Below are positions 29,080 to 40,673 of a DNA stretch of 64,000 nt, piece by piece. This DNA comes from Verrucomicrobiota bacterium (GTDB taxonomy: Bacteria > Verrucomicrobiota > Verrucomicrobiia > Limisphaerales > AAA164-E04). The stretch's first letter is position 1. Every line of letters begins with the position of its first letter. The notes under the pieces were generated by a model. That model was not told the origin of the DNA and did not search any database. It worked only from the letters and a program-made list of their open reading frames with translations. The stretch is from contig CP170459.1 of assembly GCA_047947115.1 (NCBI GenBank), positions 5,632,001 through 5,696,000 on the forward strand. The letters are read 5' to 3'. The translations under genes and the position numbers were made by a program.

Positions 29080-32000
29080 ATGAATCATCGATCAAAATAC
29101 CTGCTGGCAACCATGGTGCACGCCACAACCGCATGGTGGTCCGGTTGCACGCCCGAATCGAACCTGCCCGCACCAGTTGAAACCGCAACCCCGAAGACTC
29201 TTCCCCCGAGCTATGAGGCCATTGCATTGACGGTTCCCTCAACAGGACAGGACGGATTCCGGCAAAAACTCCCCATCGAAACGGGATTCCAATTCACCAA
29301 TACACTCAACACAACAATCAACGAAAATGATTTCGATCTGTTGAACGGTTCGGGGGTGGCCCTGGAGGATTTTGACAAGGACGGACTTTGCGATATCTAC
29401 TTCGCAGCCATGTCGGGCAAAAACAAACTGTTTCGTAACCTCGGCAACTGGCGATTCCTGGACGTCACCGAATCGGCCGGTCTCCCGGCATCGATTCCCT
29501 ACTCCAGTGGCGCGGTATTCGAGGATGTGGACGGCGACTCGTATCCGGACCTGCTGGTTTCGGTGTTCGGCTCGGGAGTGAAGATGTTTCAGAATCAAAA
29601 AAACGGCCACTTCACCGACGTCACCCAAAACCATCTGCAAACCCAGACCGGCAGCGCTTCCCTGGCATTGGCCGATGTCGACGGGGATCGCGACCTGGAC
29701 TTGTATGTGGTGAACTACGGCGTCCATACCATGCGCACCAAACTGGACCTGCGTGTGCGAACGGTGCGGGGACAACCCCAGGTCGTGGGACGCTACCGGG
29801 ATTACTACAAAATCATCGACGGAAAACTCGTTGAATACGGAGAGCCGGACACCCTTTATCTCAACGACGGGTCCGGTCGATTCGAACCGGTCTCATGGAC
29901 CAAAGGCACTTTCAAAGACGAACAGGGCACCCCTCTTCAGCACATCTTTCACGATCTGGGACTCTCCGCCATGTTCCGGGATATGAATCACGACGGCCTC
30001 CCCGATCTCTATGTGTGCAACGACTTCCAGACACCCGACCGATGCTGGATCAATCTGGGTAGAGGCACATTTCAATTGATTGATCGGAGAGCCTTGAAAC
30101 GATCGAGTTACTCATCCATGGGAGTTGATTTTGCGGACATCAACCGGGACGGACTGGATGATTTCCTTGTCGTGGATATGCTGAGCCGGGATCACAAACT
30201 CCGCATGACGCAACAAAACGAACCCATCCCGTCAATCACCATCACCGGTGAAACGAAAGCGGATCGCCCCCAGGTCAGTCGCAACACCTTTTTCCTCAAC
30301 GAAGGCAATGGTCACTACGAGGAAGTGGCACATTATGCCGGACTCTATGCCAGCGAATGGGCCTGGTGCCCGGTGTTCCTGGATGTGGATCTGGATGGCT
30401 ACGAGGACGTGGTAATCGTCAACGGGCATGCTCAGGACAACATGGATCGGGACACCCTTCAAAAGCGAAAACAATTTCCAAACTTCTCACCCGAACAATT
30501 GGCGGTGACCTTTCCTGAACTGAAAACACCCAACCTGGCTTTCCGGAATCAAGGGGACATTCGGTTTAAAGAAGTCGGTGAACAGTGGGGATTCAACTCC
30601 AATCAAGTCTCCAACGCGATTGCACTGGCAGATCTGGACAACGACGGAGACCTGGACGCGGTCTTGAACTGCCTGGATGCTCCGGCCTTGATCTACGAAA
30701 ACACTTCCATCAAACCACGAATCGCGGTCAAGCTCATCGGCAAATCCAAAAACGCCCGAGGAATAGGTTCACGCATTGTTTATCGTGAGGGTTCTTTCAG
30801 CCAGAGCCAGGAAATCGTGAGCGGCGGCCGCTATCTTTCCGGAGATCAGGCAATAAGAACTTTTGCCATTATTGAACCGGATGGAAACGGCACCATTGAA
30901 GTTTTCTGGCGCAGTGGAGCGCACACATTGATTGAAAAAGTGAAACCCAATCACCTTTACCAAATCACCGAACCGGGTTTAGTGGACCTCCCCAACCGCG
31001 AGCAATCGCAAACAAACAGCTCGCCAACCTGGTTCAAGGATGTGACGGATCAAATCAAAGTTCCCATGACGGACTTAAGACCAGAAAAAACACCGGGCGC
31101 TACCAAACTGCAAGACATCCGCGCATCCGTCACACCCAAGATCATCTGGGCAGACATGGATAACGACGGAGATGATGATCTGGTGATCAGCGGGCAGAGC
31201 AATGCGACACAATGGTTGGAGAACGACGGATCAGGCAACTTTGCCGTGGCCCACGCCCCTGATCAAATATCCGAACTGACCCTGTATTCCCCCCTCGTAT
31301 CCTTTCAGCATCCGAATGGCACGACAGGCGCTCTGGCCATCCGTCAAGCATTCAGCCCGATACCGGGGGATCACTTGGTTCACTGGCATTCCGACACAAG
31401 GCTGGATTTCGTGTCAGTGGAAATCCCGAAAGCGACCACACTCATTAAAGCCGGTGACTACACCGGCGACAACCTACCCGACATCTATTTGAGCAATCAC
31501 TCCCCAACAACGCCGCTGCAGAACCCAAGCGCATCCCTGTTACTGAAAGCTACCGATGGCGGATACCAGTGGGATCAAACCAACCAACCCGCACTCGACA
31601 AGATCCAACGCGCCACCGATGCCGAATGGATCGATTGGGATCTGGACGGCGATCTGGATCTGCTGGTGGCCTGTGAATGGGGCAGCCTGGAGTTTTTACT
31701 CAATGAACATGGCATCTTCACCCGTTACACCGAAGAAATGGGATTTCATGACCTTAAAGGCATCTGGCTCTCACTGGGAACGGGAGATTTTGATGAGAAT
31801 GGTCGTCCCGACATCATCGCCTGCAACCTGGGGTCCAACACCCCTTGGGCCCAATGGGGCAACGGCCCATTCCGAATATACATCCCAGGCACAAATGACA
31901 ATACCATCCACTTTACCCTTGCCGGCTACAACAAAAACGAACAATGGTGGCCCATCTCGAGCATGGAAGAAGCCATGCCCTGGTTGTCCTTGACCGAAAG

Positions 32001-32517
32001 GACCATCGCATCCCATCAAGCATACGCCGACCTGACCATGGACAACATCCTGGAAGATATGGAGGGACCTAGCCAACACTTTGAAATCAACACCCTCGAA
32101 ACCGGAGTCCTCCTGAACCTCCCCGACAGCTATGTATGGCACCCCCTCCCCGCCCGGGCCCAATGGGCGCCCGCCACCGGAACAGCCATTGCAGACTTCA
32201 ATCTCGACGGTCACCTGGACATCTTCCTCAGCCAAAACTGGGACTACGAAAACACCCAATGGGCTCCCATGACATCCGGCAAAGGACTGCTTCTGTCAGG
32301 AGACGGCACAGGCCAATGGACCCCCATCAAACCAAATGCATCCGGCATCAACCTCACCGGACAACAAGGCTCTCCCGGCGTCACCGATTTCAACCAGGAC
32401 GAAAAACCCGACTTCGTCGTCTACGACACCAAACACGGCATTCGCCTATTCGAAAACCAATCCCCATTCCCTGAAACCAAGCAGGAACTCACACGAAGGC
32501 AGAATGACACAAAGTAG
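29080..32517 (+). CDS. CRTAC1-like FG-GAP repeat / ASPIC-UnbV protein
   Basis: Many DxDxDGxxD motifs; central GIGSRIV..SGGRYLSG..IEVFWRSG (UnbV-like); possible lipobox WSGC. Confidence 0.88.
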   Translation: MNHRSKYLLATMVHATTAWWSGCTPESNLPAPVETATPKTLPPSYEAIALTVPSTGQDGFRQKLPIETGFQFTNTLNTTINENDFDLLNGSGVALEDFDKDGLCDIYFAAMSGKNKLFRNLGNWRFLDVTESAGLPASIPYSSGAVFEDVDGDSYPDLLVSVFGSGVKMFQNQKNGHFTDVTQNHLQTQTGSASLALADVDGDRDLDLYVVNYGVHTMRTKLDLRVRTVRGQPQVVGRYRDYYKIIDGKLVEYGEPDTLYLNDGSGRFEPVSWTKGTFKDEQGTPLQHIFHDLGLSAMFRDMNHDGLPDLYVCNDFQTPDRCWINLGRGTFQLIDRRALKRSSYSSMGVDFADINRDGLDDFLVVDMLSRDHKLRMTQQNEPIPSITITGETKADRPQVSRNTFFLNEGNGHYEEVAHYAGLYASEWAWCPVFLDVDLDGYEDVVIVNGHAQDNMDRDTLQKRKQFPNFSPEQLAVTFPELKTPNLAFRNQGDIRFKEVGEQWGFNSNQVSNAIALADLDNDGDLDAVLNCLDAPALIYENTSIKPRIAVKLIGKSKNARGIGSRIVYREGSFSQSQEIVSGGRYLSGDQAIRTFAIIEPDGNGTIEVFWRSGAHTLIEKVKPNHLYQITEPGLVDLPNREQSQTNSSPTWFKDVTDQIKVPMTDLRPEKTPGATKLQDIRASVTPKIIWADMDNDGDDDLVISGQSNATQWLENDGSGNFAVAHAPDQISELTLYSPLVSFQHPNGTTGALAIRQAFSPIPGDHLVHWHSDTRLDFVSVEIPKATTLIKAGDYTGDNLPDIYLSNHSPTTPLQNPSASLLLKATDGGYQWDQTNQPALDKIQRATDAEWIDWDLDGDLDLLVACEWGSLEFLLNEHGIFTRYTEEMGFHDLKGIWLSLGTGDFDENGRPDIIACNLGSNTPWAQWGNGPFRIYIPGTNDNTIHFTLAGYNKNEQWWPISSMEEAMPWLSLTERTIASHQAYADLTMDNILEDMEGPSQHFEINTLETGVLLNLPDSYVWHPLPARAQWAPATGTAIADFNLDGHLDIFLSQNWDYENTQWAPMTSGKGLLLSGDGTGQWTPIKPNASGINLTGQQGSPGVTDFNQDEKPDFVVYDTKHGIRLFENQSPFPETKQELTRRQNDTK

Positions 32518-32639
32518 TTGTTTTTCTAATAGTGATCCACATTCCATTGAACGACACGGATCACACAATGAACGTAACAGCTGTCCACATTGCAAATTCA
32601 TCGAAAAAGTTTCTTCGTGTCTTTCTGCCTTCGTGTGAG
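32488..32639. repeat. MITE/REP-like element with 27-bp terminal inverted repeats
   Basis: ctcacacgaaggcagaatgacacaaag (32488-32514) vs cttcgtgtctttctgccttcgtgtgag (32613-32639): 25/27 complementary. Confidence 0.75.
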
Positions 32640-32690
32640 ATAAAAAAACAGACTATTTATAAACGTATCCGAAATCATCTTCATTCTGTC

Positions 32691-32716
32691 AAAAAAAGAC
32701 CGACAGAATTCAGTCT
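32691..32716 (-). terminator. Intrinsic terminator
   Basis: Minus strand agactga-attctg-tcggtct followed by a T run, just after stop 32719. Confidence 0.6.
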
Positions 32717-32718
32717 GT

Positions 32719-34212
32719 CTACAAAATATCCTTCGGCACCTCGTTCAGCGTGTAGTAAGCAACAGGATTCCACAATGCTCCATCTGACTTGGAACGCACA
32801 CCTTGGAGTTTGAGTTCATGGACATGGCCTATTTGAAGTTTGTCAATTTTGAGGCGGACGCGTTTGCCATCTTCGCTGACGTCTACGCTGACAATCTTGG
32901 GAGTGGTTTGGTCAACTTCGGGGCTTCCGTAGCTGCTTTGGTAAATGTAGGTGTAGGTTTGAATGGTGTAGGATTTGGGATCGGTGGCCGTTGTTTTGTC
33001 GACGGGTTCGGTGAAGGTGAGTTCGAATCCGTCTTTGCGGGCTCGCATGGTTTGAATTTCGAAGGGGTTTTTTCCGGTCCAGACCAAGCGTTGGAGAGCA
33101 AAGGGTTTTCCACCGCGAGCTCCCCACCCCCGGTCGGTTCCTCCGACGAACAGGGATCCGTCCGGCGCGAATTCCATGCTGAGGGTTCCGGAATCGAGTC
33201 CGGTCAGGAATGGGAAACAGGCTCCTTGATAGACTCCGTTGACTTGCTCCAGATCAACTCGCATCACCGTACTGTGGGTTTGGTCGCCAACGAGCAATTG
33301 GTCCTCGAAGGGACCAAACTTACCACCGGTTTGATCGCAGACGATCCCGCTCGCGGACTGTCCCATTTTGCCGTAGGGAAAGTAAACAGCAGTTGGCACC
33401 AGTTCGGGAATCTTGGCTGCTTCGATATGCATGCGACTGCCACTGACCGGATCCAGCGGGCGCGGTCCCAGAGCGTCGGTTAGTTGATACCAGGTGTTTC
33501 CGCTGGGGTTCCCCATGAAACCTCCCGGTTTGAGGTGTTTCAGTCCGCAGGTTCCGTTCCAAACTCCCTGGTTGTCGGTGTAAAAGACGTCGCCCAGGGC
33601 ATTCATCCCGATACCGCCGGGGGATCGGATGCCGCTGGCGGTCGGGATCATCCGACCGTCCGGAGTCACACGCAGGCACCAGCCACGGTAATCGATCTCG
33701 CTGGTAAACGAACCAGTGAGGCAGAGCACGATCCAGATGTTTCCTTCTTTGTCGAATTTGGAACTGAAAGCGTATTCGTGGTAGTCGCCGGTGATGCCCC
33801 AGTCATCGTTGACGGTTTCGAACACATCGGCGCGACCGTCATTGTCCAGATCTTTCATGCGCGTCAGTTCGCAGCGTTGCATGCAATACAGCCAATCGTC
33901 CTTCTTCGCCAGTCCGAGCACTTCGTGCAGTCCGCTGGCATAGCGGGTGAATTTCACTTGGGACGGATCGTCCGCCAGCGCATTGTCCACCACGTAGATT
34001 TCACCGAGCCGGGTGGATACTGCGACCTCATCGTTCCCCAACCATTGCAAAGCTCCCGCTTCCAGAACGACTCCGTCGGGCACGGGTAAGGTGAGGGTTT
34101 TATAATAGTCCGACTGTTCTTCGGCATGAGCATCGTGCTTGCCGCAAAGACAGGCAGTGACAAGAGCCAGCAGCCAGGCAGTCTTCCAGATTTGAGTGAT
34201 GTTATGATTCAT
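32719..34212 (-). CDS. Secreted beta-propeller protein (DUF7133 / sorbosone dehydrogenase-like), partner of the upstream cytochrome
   Basis: Likely start MNHNITQ (34212) with signal peptide; [54 protein letters not shown]. Confidence 0.8.
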   Translation of the reverse strand: MNHNITQIWKTAWLLALVTACLCGKHDAHAEEQSDYYKTLTLPVPDGVVLEAGALQWLGNDEVAVSTRLGEIYVVDNALADDPSQVKFTRYASGLHEVLGLAKKDDWLYCMQRCELTRMKDLDNDGRADVFETVNDDWGITGDYHEYAFSSKFDKEGNIWIVLCLTGSFTSEIDYRGWCLRVTPDGRMIPTASGIRSPGGIGMNALGDVFYTDNQGVWNGTCGLKHLKPGGFMGNPSGNTWYQLTDALGPRPLDPVSGSRMHIEAAKIPELVPTAVYFPYGKMGQSASGIVCDQTGGKFGPFEDQLLVGDQTHSTVMRVDLEQVNGVYQGACFPFLTGLDSGTLSMEFAPDGSLFVGGTDRGWGARGGKPFALQRLVWTGKNPFEIQTMRARKDGFELTFTEPVDKTTATDPKSYTIQTYTYIYQSSYGSPEVDQTTPKIVSVDVSEDGKRVRLKIDKLQIGHVHELKLQGVRSKSDGALWNPVAYYTLNEVPKDIL

Positions 34213-34502
34213 GACTCGTTTGGGTAAAATTTCAGAAACGTGGTTCAGCTTTTGTTGGATTGGAGGGAATGATTCCACCCAGCCCCATTCTTCTTCCTTG
34301 TGAATATCCATCAGCAAATGACGTGGAACGCGGACAGTCTTGTTTTTTTGCCAGCCTGCAGTGTTCTCATTGCAGTTTGATTGGGATTCGTACATGAAAA
34401 GGTCTGAAGTGGATTCAAGGTGTAACTTGCCCCTCCGTTGCTGGGGGTGCACGCTTCGCTTCGTGTGCTTCGCACCTGGGCGGTTCATCGTATCCGTTTT
34501 CA

Positions 34503-37460
34503 TCACCAGACAATCTCCTGCATGATGTTGGCTTTGCCGTGTGAGAGTTGCACCGGGACCAGAAGTTCCATACCAGTATCATCGGTTTTGATGACGGGTT
34601 GTTCGTCTCCTGAGGTTTCGAATTTCATACGGATTTTCTGATCGACAAGATAAATACCATCTTCTTCCTGAACGATGGAAGCGCCCTTGGCTGCTCGCAT
34701 CCATAAGTTGACGTAGTGAGCCCTGGAATGAAAGGTAAGGTAACGTCGGAAAAAAGAGTCCAGTTCACCGGGCACTGCCACCCAATAGTCCTCGACTTCC
34801 ATGGCCAGGAATTCGTATTTGAACTTCGGTCGACGTTTGGAATCCAGCCAGTAGCCCTTGAATTCATATCCAGCCTCCTTCCCAGACAATTTCGGCCAGG
34901 CCGTGTTTTCGGGGTCTACGGAAAACGCGAAGGGAGGGCCATCGGGCAGTTGAACAAGATTATGACCCAGAGGCGGTTCAAATCCGGCGCCGCGTCCCGA
35001 GCTGTGACGTGCTCCATCGATGAAGGGCCCCTGCCACAGCATGGCCACCCGCATCTGATTGGCATCAAAGGCAAGGTTGGCTTTTTCGGGGTAACCCACA
35101 CCAATCGCACGGGATCCGGCTCCTTCGATAAAGTTTCGGTAGATCGTGGCTTCTCCTTCGGCCACAATTTCTTTCTGCCCCTGAATCAATCCTGTCGGAG
35201 GGTTGTTGTCATCGGCAAGGTTCAGGTAGGACCAGATGGCGTCGATCTGACGTTGGGTGTCACCGTCAAATACGTCGCGGTTCACACTCACCCCTTCTGG
35301 CCAAAAGCTCGGCATTCTTGTTCCGGGACGCAGGGAGGAGGGATCTTTCAGATACCGAACAAACCAATCCTTGTTCAAACGATCGTCGGCAGTGGTCAAA
35401 TCCATTGCAGGTATCCCAAGCGAACCAAATTTCCCAAAAGTGTGACAGGTGATGCAGGCCATCCCCCCCACTCCGACCAATTTACGTCCGTATTTGGCGT
35501 CATCCAGCGAAATAACTTCGTGGGAACCACTCTCAGCCGGCGCGTCTGCTGTGACAAAGGCCTCGGCCAAACCTTTCAAATTAGCGGCACCAAATGACGG
35601 CATGCGGGTGGCCATGTAAGGACGCACCGAAGCTCCCTCATTCAGCACCTTGTTCAGCCATTCGGGCTTGAGTTTGGCTCCTACACCGCTCAAGTTGGGC
35701 GGAAAGCGTCCTTCATCGCCCATGTCCACTTCACCGATCGTTCCAAAAAACTGCTGGCGATAGGTAGTGGGGCCACCCAGTTCCCCCCTTTGATGACAGG
35801 CATAACAATTCATCGCTGTCATCAGTTTTTGCGCCTGACGGGACGGCTCCAGAGGATGCGCCAAGTGATCACGGTGAGCGAGGGTTGTCAGGATGGCATT
35901 CCGTTCGGCTTCAGTGAGGTCATAAAACGCAGCGCCGACGGAGGGATTTGACGACAAACAACCCCCATCCGCATCCGCAACCAGTTCAGCAAACGGTTTC
36001 GCTGCGAACGCATCAATAGCGGTGGCGCTGGCATCTGCAATATTGTGACAGGAACCGCAACCCAGCTTGGCAAACCACGCCTTGCCTTGGGACGCCTTGG
36101 TTTTGTCCACCGCAAACTCTCCGCCTCCCACTGGAACCATCGGCTGTCCTAGATGCGAAAACCAGTCGGCTGGGATCGGTTGTTTATCCAGACTGGGACC
36201 CTCAATATATACGCTCAACCCGGCCGGTCCGCCGTGATTGAAGTAAGTCACTTTCAACGAATGATCCCCTGCTTTGAGTCGAACTTTGCCGTTGCGCTCG
36301 GTCATGCCATGGTCACCGTCGTTGTTGACCACCAGATCGGAACCGACATACAAACGGGAACCATCATCCGAATTGGTGAAAAAAGTATATTCTCCGTCAG
36401 CGGGAATGGAGACATACCCGGAGAACACCAGGGCGATCTGTTCCTGTCTTTTTTTCAAGGCATCCGAGATTTCGTGCGTGATGCCGCTGGAGACAAAGTG
36501 AGTGGAAGCTCGTTGGGAGTCTGGCGCGCTGCCGGGAAAGTGTTGAATGAAATCATCCACGAAACCATGTGGATCGGCGGTGAGGGAGCCGAACTCCATG
36601 TAGGCATATTTCAATCCTTTGGCTTTCTTCAGCTCAGAAGCCTCCCCAAAAAGCCCCTTCGCTTGACCGCGCAGCAGGTACATGGCGATGCTGGTCGCTT
36701 CTATGTCGCTCAGATTGAAATGAGGCATTCGCCCGGAAGGACGCGTCTCCAGAGGATTTTTCAGGAAGCGGGCCAGCTCGGAAACCGTCGTTTTGCTGTC
36801 CAGTTTGCCCATGATGACCGAATGGCCCAATGCCGATTCAAATTCACCCGGCACCCGGCTGTCGGGCGGAGGCAGAGAGGGATCTTCCAGTTCATTGGCA
36901 TCCTGATGCGGTTCGTGACAGGCTACACATCCCGTTTCATGAAACAAGCGACGTCCAGCCTGCATGGAAAATGGATCCGCTGCGGCGGGGGTTTCAGTGA
37001 ATTCACCTTGGGCATCCATCAGGTAATGGGTCAAGGCATCCACAATGGCGGCTTTTTCATCAGACTCATAATCACGCAGCAAATCCGGCATGGTCCTTAC
37101 TTGACCGGTGGAAGCCGGATTCATCAATAGGTTACGAACAAATTGAGGCGTTAATCTGATGCCACCCTCGCCCAGGATGGGGCCTTGTTTGGAAGACAAC
37201 CGTGCGATGGTGGCGTCCGTAGCCTGGTGGCAAGCCACGCAGTTCAATTCACCGAGCAGCAATTCCCCCGGATCCACACCTTCTCCAACAGCGAAACCAA
37301 GCATGGTGTGCAGCATATCGCCACGACTCGATTGAGCCTGAGCACAGGTTGAAAATATCAAAAGGCAAACCACCAGCAAGCAGTGCCGGGATCGCCAGGG
37401 GATAACAAATGGGACCTTTGGTAATCGAAAGCGATGTTTCATCTCTGGAATGGCAATCAC
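34503..37460 (-). CDS. Multiheme c-type cytochrome with PA14 domain
   Basis: Five CxxCH (CVACH x2, CGSCH, CYACH, CITCH), distal MP motifs, PA14 signature [17 protein letters not shown]...NDGDHG. Confidence 0.9.
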   Translation of the reverse strand: MIAIPEMKHRFRLPKVPFVIPWRSRHCLLVVCLLIFSTCAQAQSSRGDMLHTMLGFAVGEGVDPGELLLGELNCVACHQATDATIARLSSKQGPILGEGGIRLTPQFVRNLLMNPASTGQVRTMPDLLRDYESDEKAAIVDALTHYLMDAQGEFTETPAAADPFSMQAGRRLFHETGCVACHEPHQDANELEDPSLPPPDSRVPGEFESALGHSVIMGKLDSKTTVSELARFLKNPLETRPSGRMPHFNLSDIEATSIAMYLLRGQAKGLFGEASELKKAKGLKYAYMEFGSLTADPHGFVDDFIQHFPGSAPDSQRASTHFVSSGITHEISDALKKRQEQIALVFSGYVSIPADGEYTFFTNSDDGSRLYVGSDLVVNNDGDHGMTERNGKVRLKAGDHSLKVTYFNHGGPAGLSVYIEGPSLDKQPIPADWFSHLGQPMVPVGGGEFAVDKTKASQGKAWFAKLGCGSCHNIADASATAIDAFAAKPFAELVADADGGCLSSNPSVGAAFYDLTEAERNAILTTLAHRDHLAHPLEPSRQAQKLMTAMNCYACHQRGELGGPTTYRQQFFGTIGEVDMGDEGRFPPNLSGVGAKLKPEWLNKVLNEGASVRPYMATRMPSFGAANLKGLAEAFVTADAPAESGSHEVISLDDAKYGRKLVGVGGMACITCHTFGKFGSLGIPAMDLTTADDRLNKDWFVRYLKDPSSLRPGTRMPSFWPEGVSVNRDVFDGDTQRQIDAIWSYLNLADDNNPPTGLIQGQKEIVAEGEATIYRNFIEGAGSRAIGVGYPEKANLAFDANQMRVAMLWQGPFIDGARHSSGRGAGFEPPLGHNLVQLPDGPPFAFSVDPENTAWPKLSGKEAGYEFKGYWLDSKRRPKFKYEFLAMEVEDYWVAVPGELDSFFRRYLTFHSRAHYVNLWMRAAKGASIVQEEDGIYLVDQKIRMKFETSGDEQPVIKTDDTGMELLVPVQLSHGKANIMQEIVW

Positions 37461-37548
37461 TATGCCGAATCTTTCGGATCAAGCAACGATAATTGCTCCA
37501 AATGGATACGGGCGATTAATTACGAACAAAGGAGTGATTTGTAACGGC

Positions 37549-37623
37549 GAAGTCACGAGGCAGACGAATGCTTTTTAATTTACTCATTTAGTATGGGTTT
37601 ACTCCACAAACCTTCGTGACTTC
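37549..37623. repeat. Inverted repeat in divergent intergenic region
   Basis: gaagtcacga (37549-37558) / tcgtgacttc (37614-37623), 10-bp perfect arms. Confidence 0.45.
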
Positions 37624-37717
37624 ATTGTCAAAAATGAGCATTCCACCCCAATGCCCAAGCCAAACATGGGTTCACGGGTTGATTTTTCGTTATTCCTGAC
37701 GTAGTTTCGGCACCGTC

Positions 37718-39079
37718 ATGAAATCCCTTACAATTCCCCTGCTCGTTCTCTCGTTGGTCATCAACATCTTTATGGGCCTCAAATGGTATCAAGAGTCTCA
37801 ACGAGCGGTCGCACAAGTTGAAGGAACAGCAGCCACATCCGAAAACCAGGCCAGGAACGTCGATCAAAACAAACCGGAAACGATTGATCCTGCAGCGTCA
37901 CCCAATGTGCCTTCCATGACTTTTGACTGGCATCAGGTGGAATCAGAAGATTACCGTGACTACATCGCAAACCTACGTTCCATTGGTTGTCCGGAGGAAA
38001 CCATCCGCGACATTATCAAGGCCGATGTGGACAAGCTCTACAAATCCAAGTCAAAAGAACTGCAACCCGAAACCGAACCTTTCGAATACTGGAAAACCGG
38101 CAACGCCTGGATAGCCGCCATGCAGCCCAACCCGGAATCCATGCAGGCACAAAACGATCTGAACAAAGAAAAACGAAGCGTCCTGAAAACACTGCTTGGC
38201 GAAGATTACGAACCGGAAACCAGCTGGGTGGAATCCATGGTGGCTTTCGATCCATACGAACGCATGCTGGACTCCATTCCTTCCAGCAAACGCGCCTCGA
38301 TCATGGAAATCTATCAGAGCTACGCCCTGAAACAGGCGGAGCTGGTAAAGGGAGGTGCGATGGATCAGGAGGACATGAAAGCATTGGCTGACCTTCAGCG
38401 AGCACGTAATGCCGAGCTGGCAGATCTCCTGTCTCCGGAGGAGTTGCGAGATTTCGAATTAAGGATGTCGGAAACCTCCATGATGCTGCGCTCCCAGATG
38501 AACGGATTTCAACCCACCAAAGAAGAATTCGAACAAATTTTCGACCTGAAGAAGGTCATGGATGACGAATTCGGTTCTTATGGGAGGAGCATGACAAATT
38601 CCGAAGATCGAGAGCGCTATCAGTCAGCGCAGCAAGAGTTCGAGCAAGGCGTCAAATCGGTTTTGGGAGAAGAACGATACGGAGATTACAAAATGTCCCA
38701 GGACTACACATACCAGGGCATCAAAAAAACCGCCGAACGCAACGATATCGATGTCGCCGTTGCCAAAGACCTCTACAACTCCATGAAAACCGCACAGGAA
38801 ACCGCCACCCAAGTGCGCAACAATCAACAACTGGACATGGCTCAAAAACGGGAGATGCTTCAGGGCATCCGATCCGAAACAGAATCTCTCTTTGTGGAAT
38901 CCATTGGCCAGGAAGGATTCGAAGCTTACAAAAAGGAGAATTACGCGCATTGGTTGAATCAAATAGACCGGGGATTCACCGACGAAGCCATCCTGGATGA
39001 GGAGATGATGCGGCGCTACGGACTGGAATCAGCGCCTGCAGCAGCAAACATAGAATCAACTTCCACCTCCGGAGAATAA
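37718..39079 (+). CDS. Membrane-anchored helical hypothetical protein
   Basis: N-terminal TM, Ala/Pro/Thr linker, WHQVESEDYRDYIANLRSIGCPEETIRDII block, repeated LG/LS-x-E helical turns. Confidence 0.8.
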   Translation: MKSLTIPLLVLSLVINIFMGLKWYQESQRAVAQVEGTAATSENQARNVDQNKPETIDPAASPNVPSMTFDWHQVESEDYRDYIANLRSIGCPEETIRDIIKADVDKLYKSKSKELQPETEPFEYWKTGNAWIAAMQPNPESMQAQNDLNKEKRSVLKTLLGEDYEPETSWVESMVAFDPYERMLDSIPSSKRASIMEIYQSYALKQAELVKGGAMDQEDMKALADLQRARNAELADLLSPEELRDFELRMSETSMMLRSQMNGFQPTKEEFEQIFDLKKVMDDEFGSYGRSMTNSEDRERYQSAQQEFEQGVKSVLGEERYGDYKMSQDYTYQGIKKTAERNDIDVAVAKDLYNSMKTAQETATQVRNNQQLDMAQKREMLQGIRSETESLFVESIGQEGFEAYKKENYAHWLNQIDRGFTDEAILDEEMMRRYGLESAPAAANIESTSTSGE

Positions 39080-39174
39080 AAACCAGAGGATCAAATTTGA
39101 GGTAATGGGGCTCGACACAGCATTTGATATGTGGGGGACAGGTTCTGGTATTCCCAATCAAGCGGATTTGCCAT

Positions 39175-40644
39175 TTATCCAAACAACTTCGTCACCGCTT
39201 TGGATTTGACCAGTTCACGGGGTTGGTTGAGGTGGTTGTAAACAATGGTTTCGGGATCGATGCCGAAACCGTGGTAAATGGAAGCCAGCAACTCACCCGG
39301 ATGAACGGGATCGATCAATGGGGCGGAACCCGTTTTGTCCGATTCACCATGCACATAACCACGTTTGGCACCGCCACCAGCAATGACCGAAGTATAACAA
39401 TATGGCCAGTGATCACGTCCGTCATCGCTGTTGCTGTTGCCGGAAGTACTCACACCGCGTTGCGGGCTGCGGCCGAATTCGCCTACCGCCACCACCATAG
39501 TTTCTTCAAGCATACCGCGCTGATCCAGATCCGCGATCAACGCGGACAATCCACCGTCGAGCATCGGTGCGGATTGGTTTTTCATGCGTTGACTGAGATT
39601 GACGTGCACGTCCCATGAATGGTTGTCGGAATTGGCAACCTTGGGCCAGATCACTTCCACCACACGTGTTCCAGCTTCCACCAGTCGGCGGGCCAAAAGG
39701 CAGCTTTGACCAAAAGTGTTGCGTCCGTACCAATCCCGCACAGGAATGGGTTCCTGTTCCAGATCAAAAGCATCCCTGGTTTTACCGGAGACGATCAGAT
39801 TCAAAGCGCGGCTGTAGTATTCGTTCAGATTATAGCTCTCCACCGCTTTCTCAATTTCCGGCATGGCGGCGTTGATGTTGTCGCGCAACTGAGCCCGGCG
39901 CTGAAGACGCAAAGCGAACACGTCGGGGCGCATCTCCAGGTCGTCCACCTTGACGTTGTCCATCTTGCCCATGTTCATGTCGTCGCCTTCAGGGTAGAGA
40001 TAATAGGGATCAAACCCTTTCCCAAGAAAACCGGCCGTGCCGCCCTTGCCCACCACATTGCTCTCCTGCAACGGACGCGGCAGCATCACGAATGGCAGCA
40101 CCGGCTCGGTGGGCGGACGCAATCGGATGATGTTTGAACCAAAGTTTGGAAAATCCTTGGGACTGGGTGGTTCCAATTGACCGGACGGACTGACCTTGTC
40201 GGTGGTGTAACCGGTCATCATCTGGTAAATGGCCGCCGTGTGATTGAACAATCCGTTCGGGGTATAACTCATCGAACGGATCATGGTCATCTTGTCATTG
40301 ATCTTGGCCAGTTTGGGTAACAGCTCCGTAAAATGCACACCAGGGATCTTGGTCGGAATGGTATTGAACACGCTGCGCACATTGTCCGGCACATTCAGTT
40401 TGGGATCCCAGAGGTCCAGATGACTCGGGCCACCTTGAAGATAAACCAAGATAATACTCTTGGCACGTCCCCATCCCGGACCGCCGCTGTGGGCTGCGGT
40501 GCTGGCCTTGGATTGCATCTCTAGCATGGAACCGAGCGAAAGCCCGAGCAGGCCGGAGCCGCCGATTTTGAGCAGGTCACGGCGGGTCATCTTCATGCCG
40601 CCATCGCAAAGGTCGCTGTTGAAGCCTCCTGGTATACTGATCAT
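39175..40644 (-). CDS. DUF1501 family protein (Tat-exported)
   Basis: [53 protein letters not shown]. Confidence 0.92.
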   Translation of the reverse strand: MISIPGGFNSDLCDGGMKMTRRDLLKIGGSGLLGLSLGSMLEMQSKASTAAHSGGPGWGRAKSIILVYLQGGPSHLDLWDPKLNVPDNVRSVFNTIPTKIPGVHFTELLPKLAKINDKMTMIRSMSYTPNGLFNHTAAIYQMMTGYTTDKVSPSGQLEPPSPKDFPNFGSNIIRLRPPTEPVLPFVMLPRPLQESNVVGKGGTAGFLGKGFDPYYLYPEGDDMNMGKMDNVKVDDLEMRPDVFALRLQRRAQLRDNINAAMPEIEKAVESYNLNEYYSRALNLIVSGKTRDAFDLEQEPIPVRDWYGRNTFGQSCLLARRLVEAGTRVVEVIWPKVANSDNHSWDVHVNLSQRMKNQSAPMLDGGLSALIADLDQRGMLEETMVVAVGEFGRSPQRGVSTSGNSNSDDGRDHWPYCYTSVIAGGGAKRGYVHGESDKTGSAPLIDPVHPGELLASIYHGFGIDPETIVYNHLNQPRELVKSKAVTKLFG

Positions 40645-40673
40645 AGGTCGTTGTCTTTCTGGATGAATCTGGT

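Noticed and set aside
34970..35000. ggttcaaatcc tRNA-like word
   Set aside because: Inside the cytochrome CDS (antisense to GAGFEPP); no acceptor stem.
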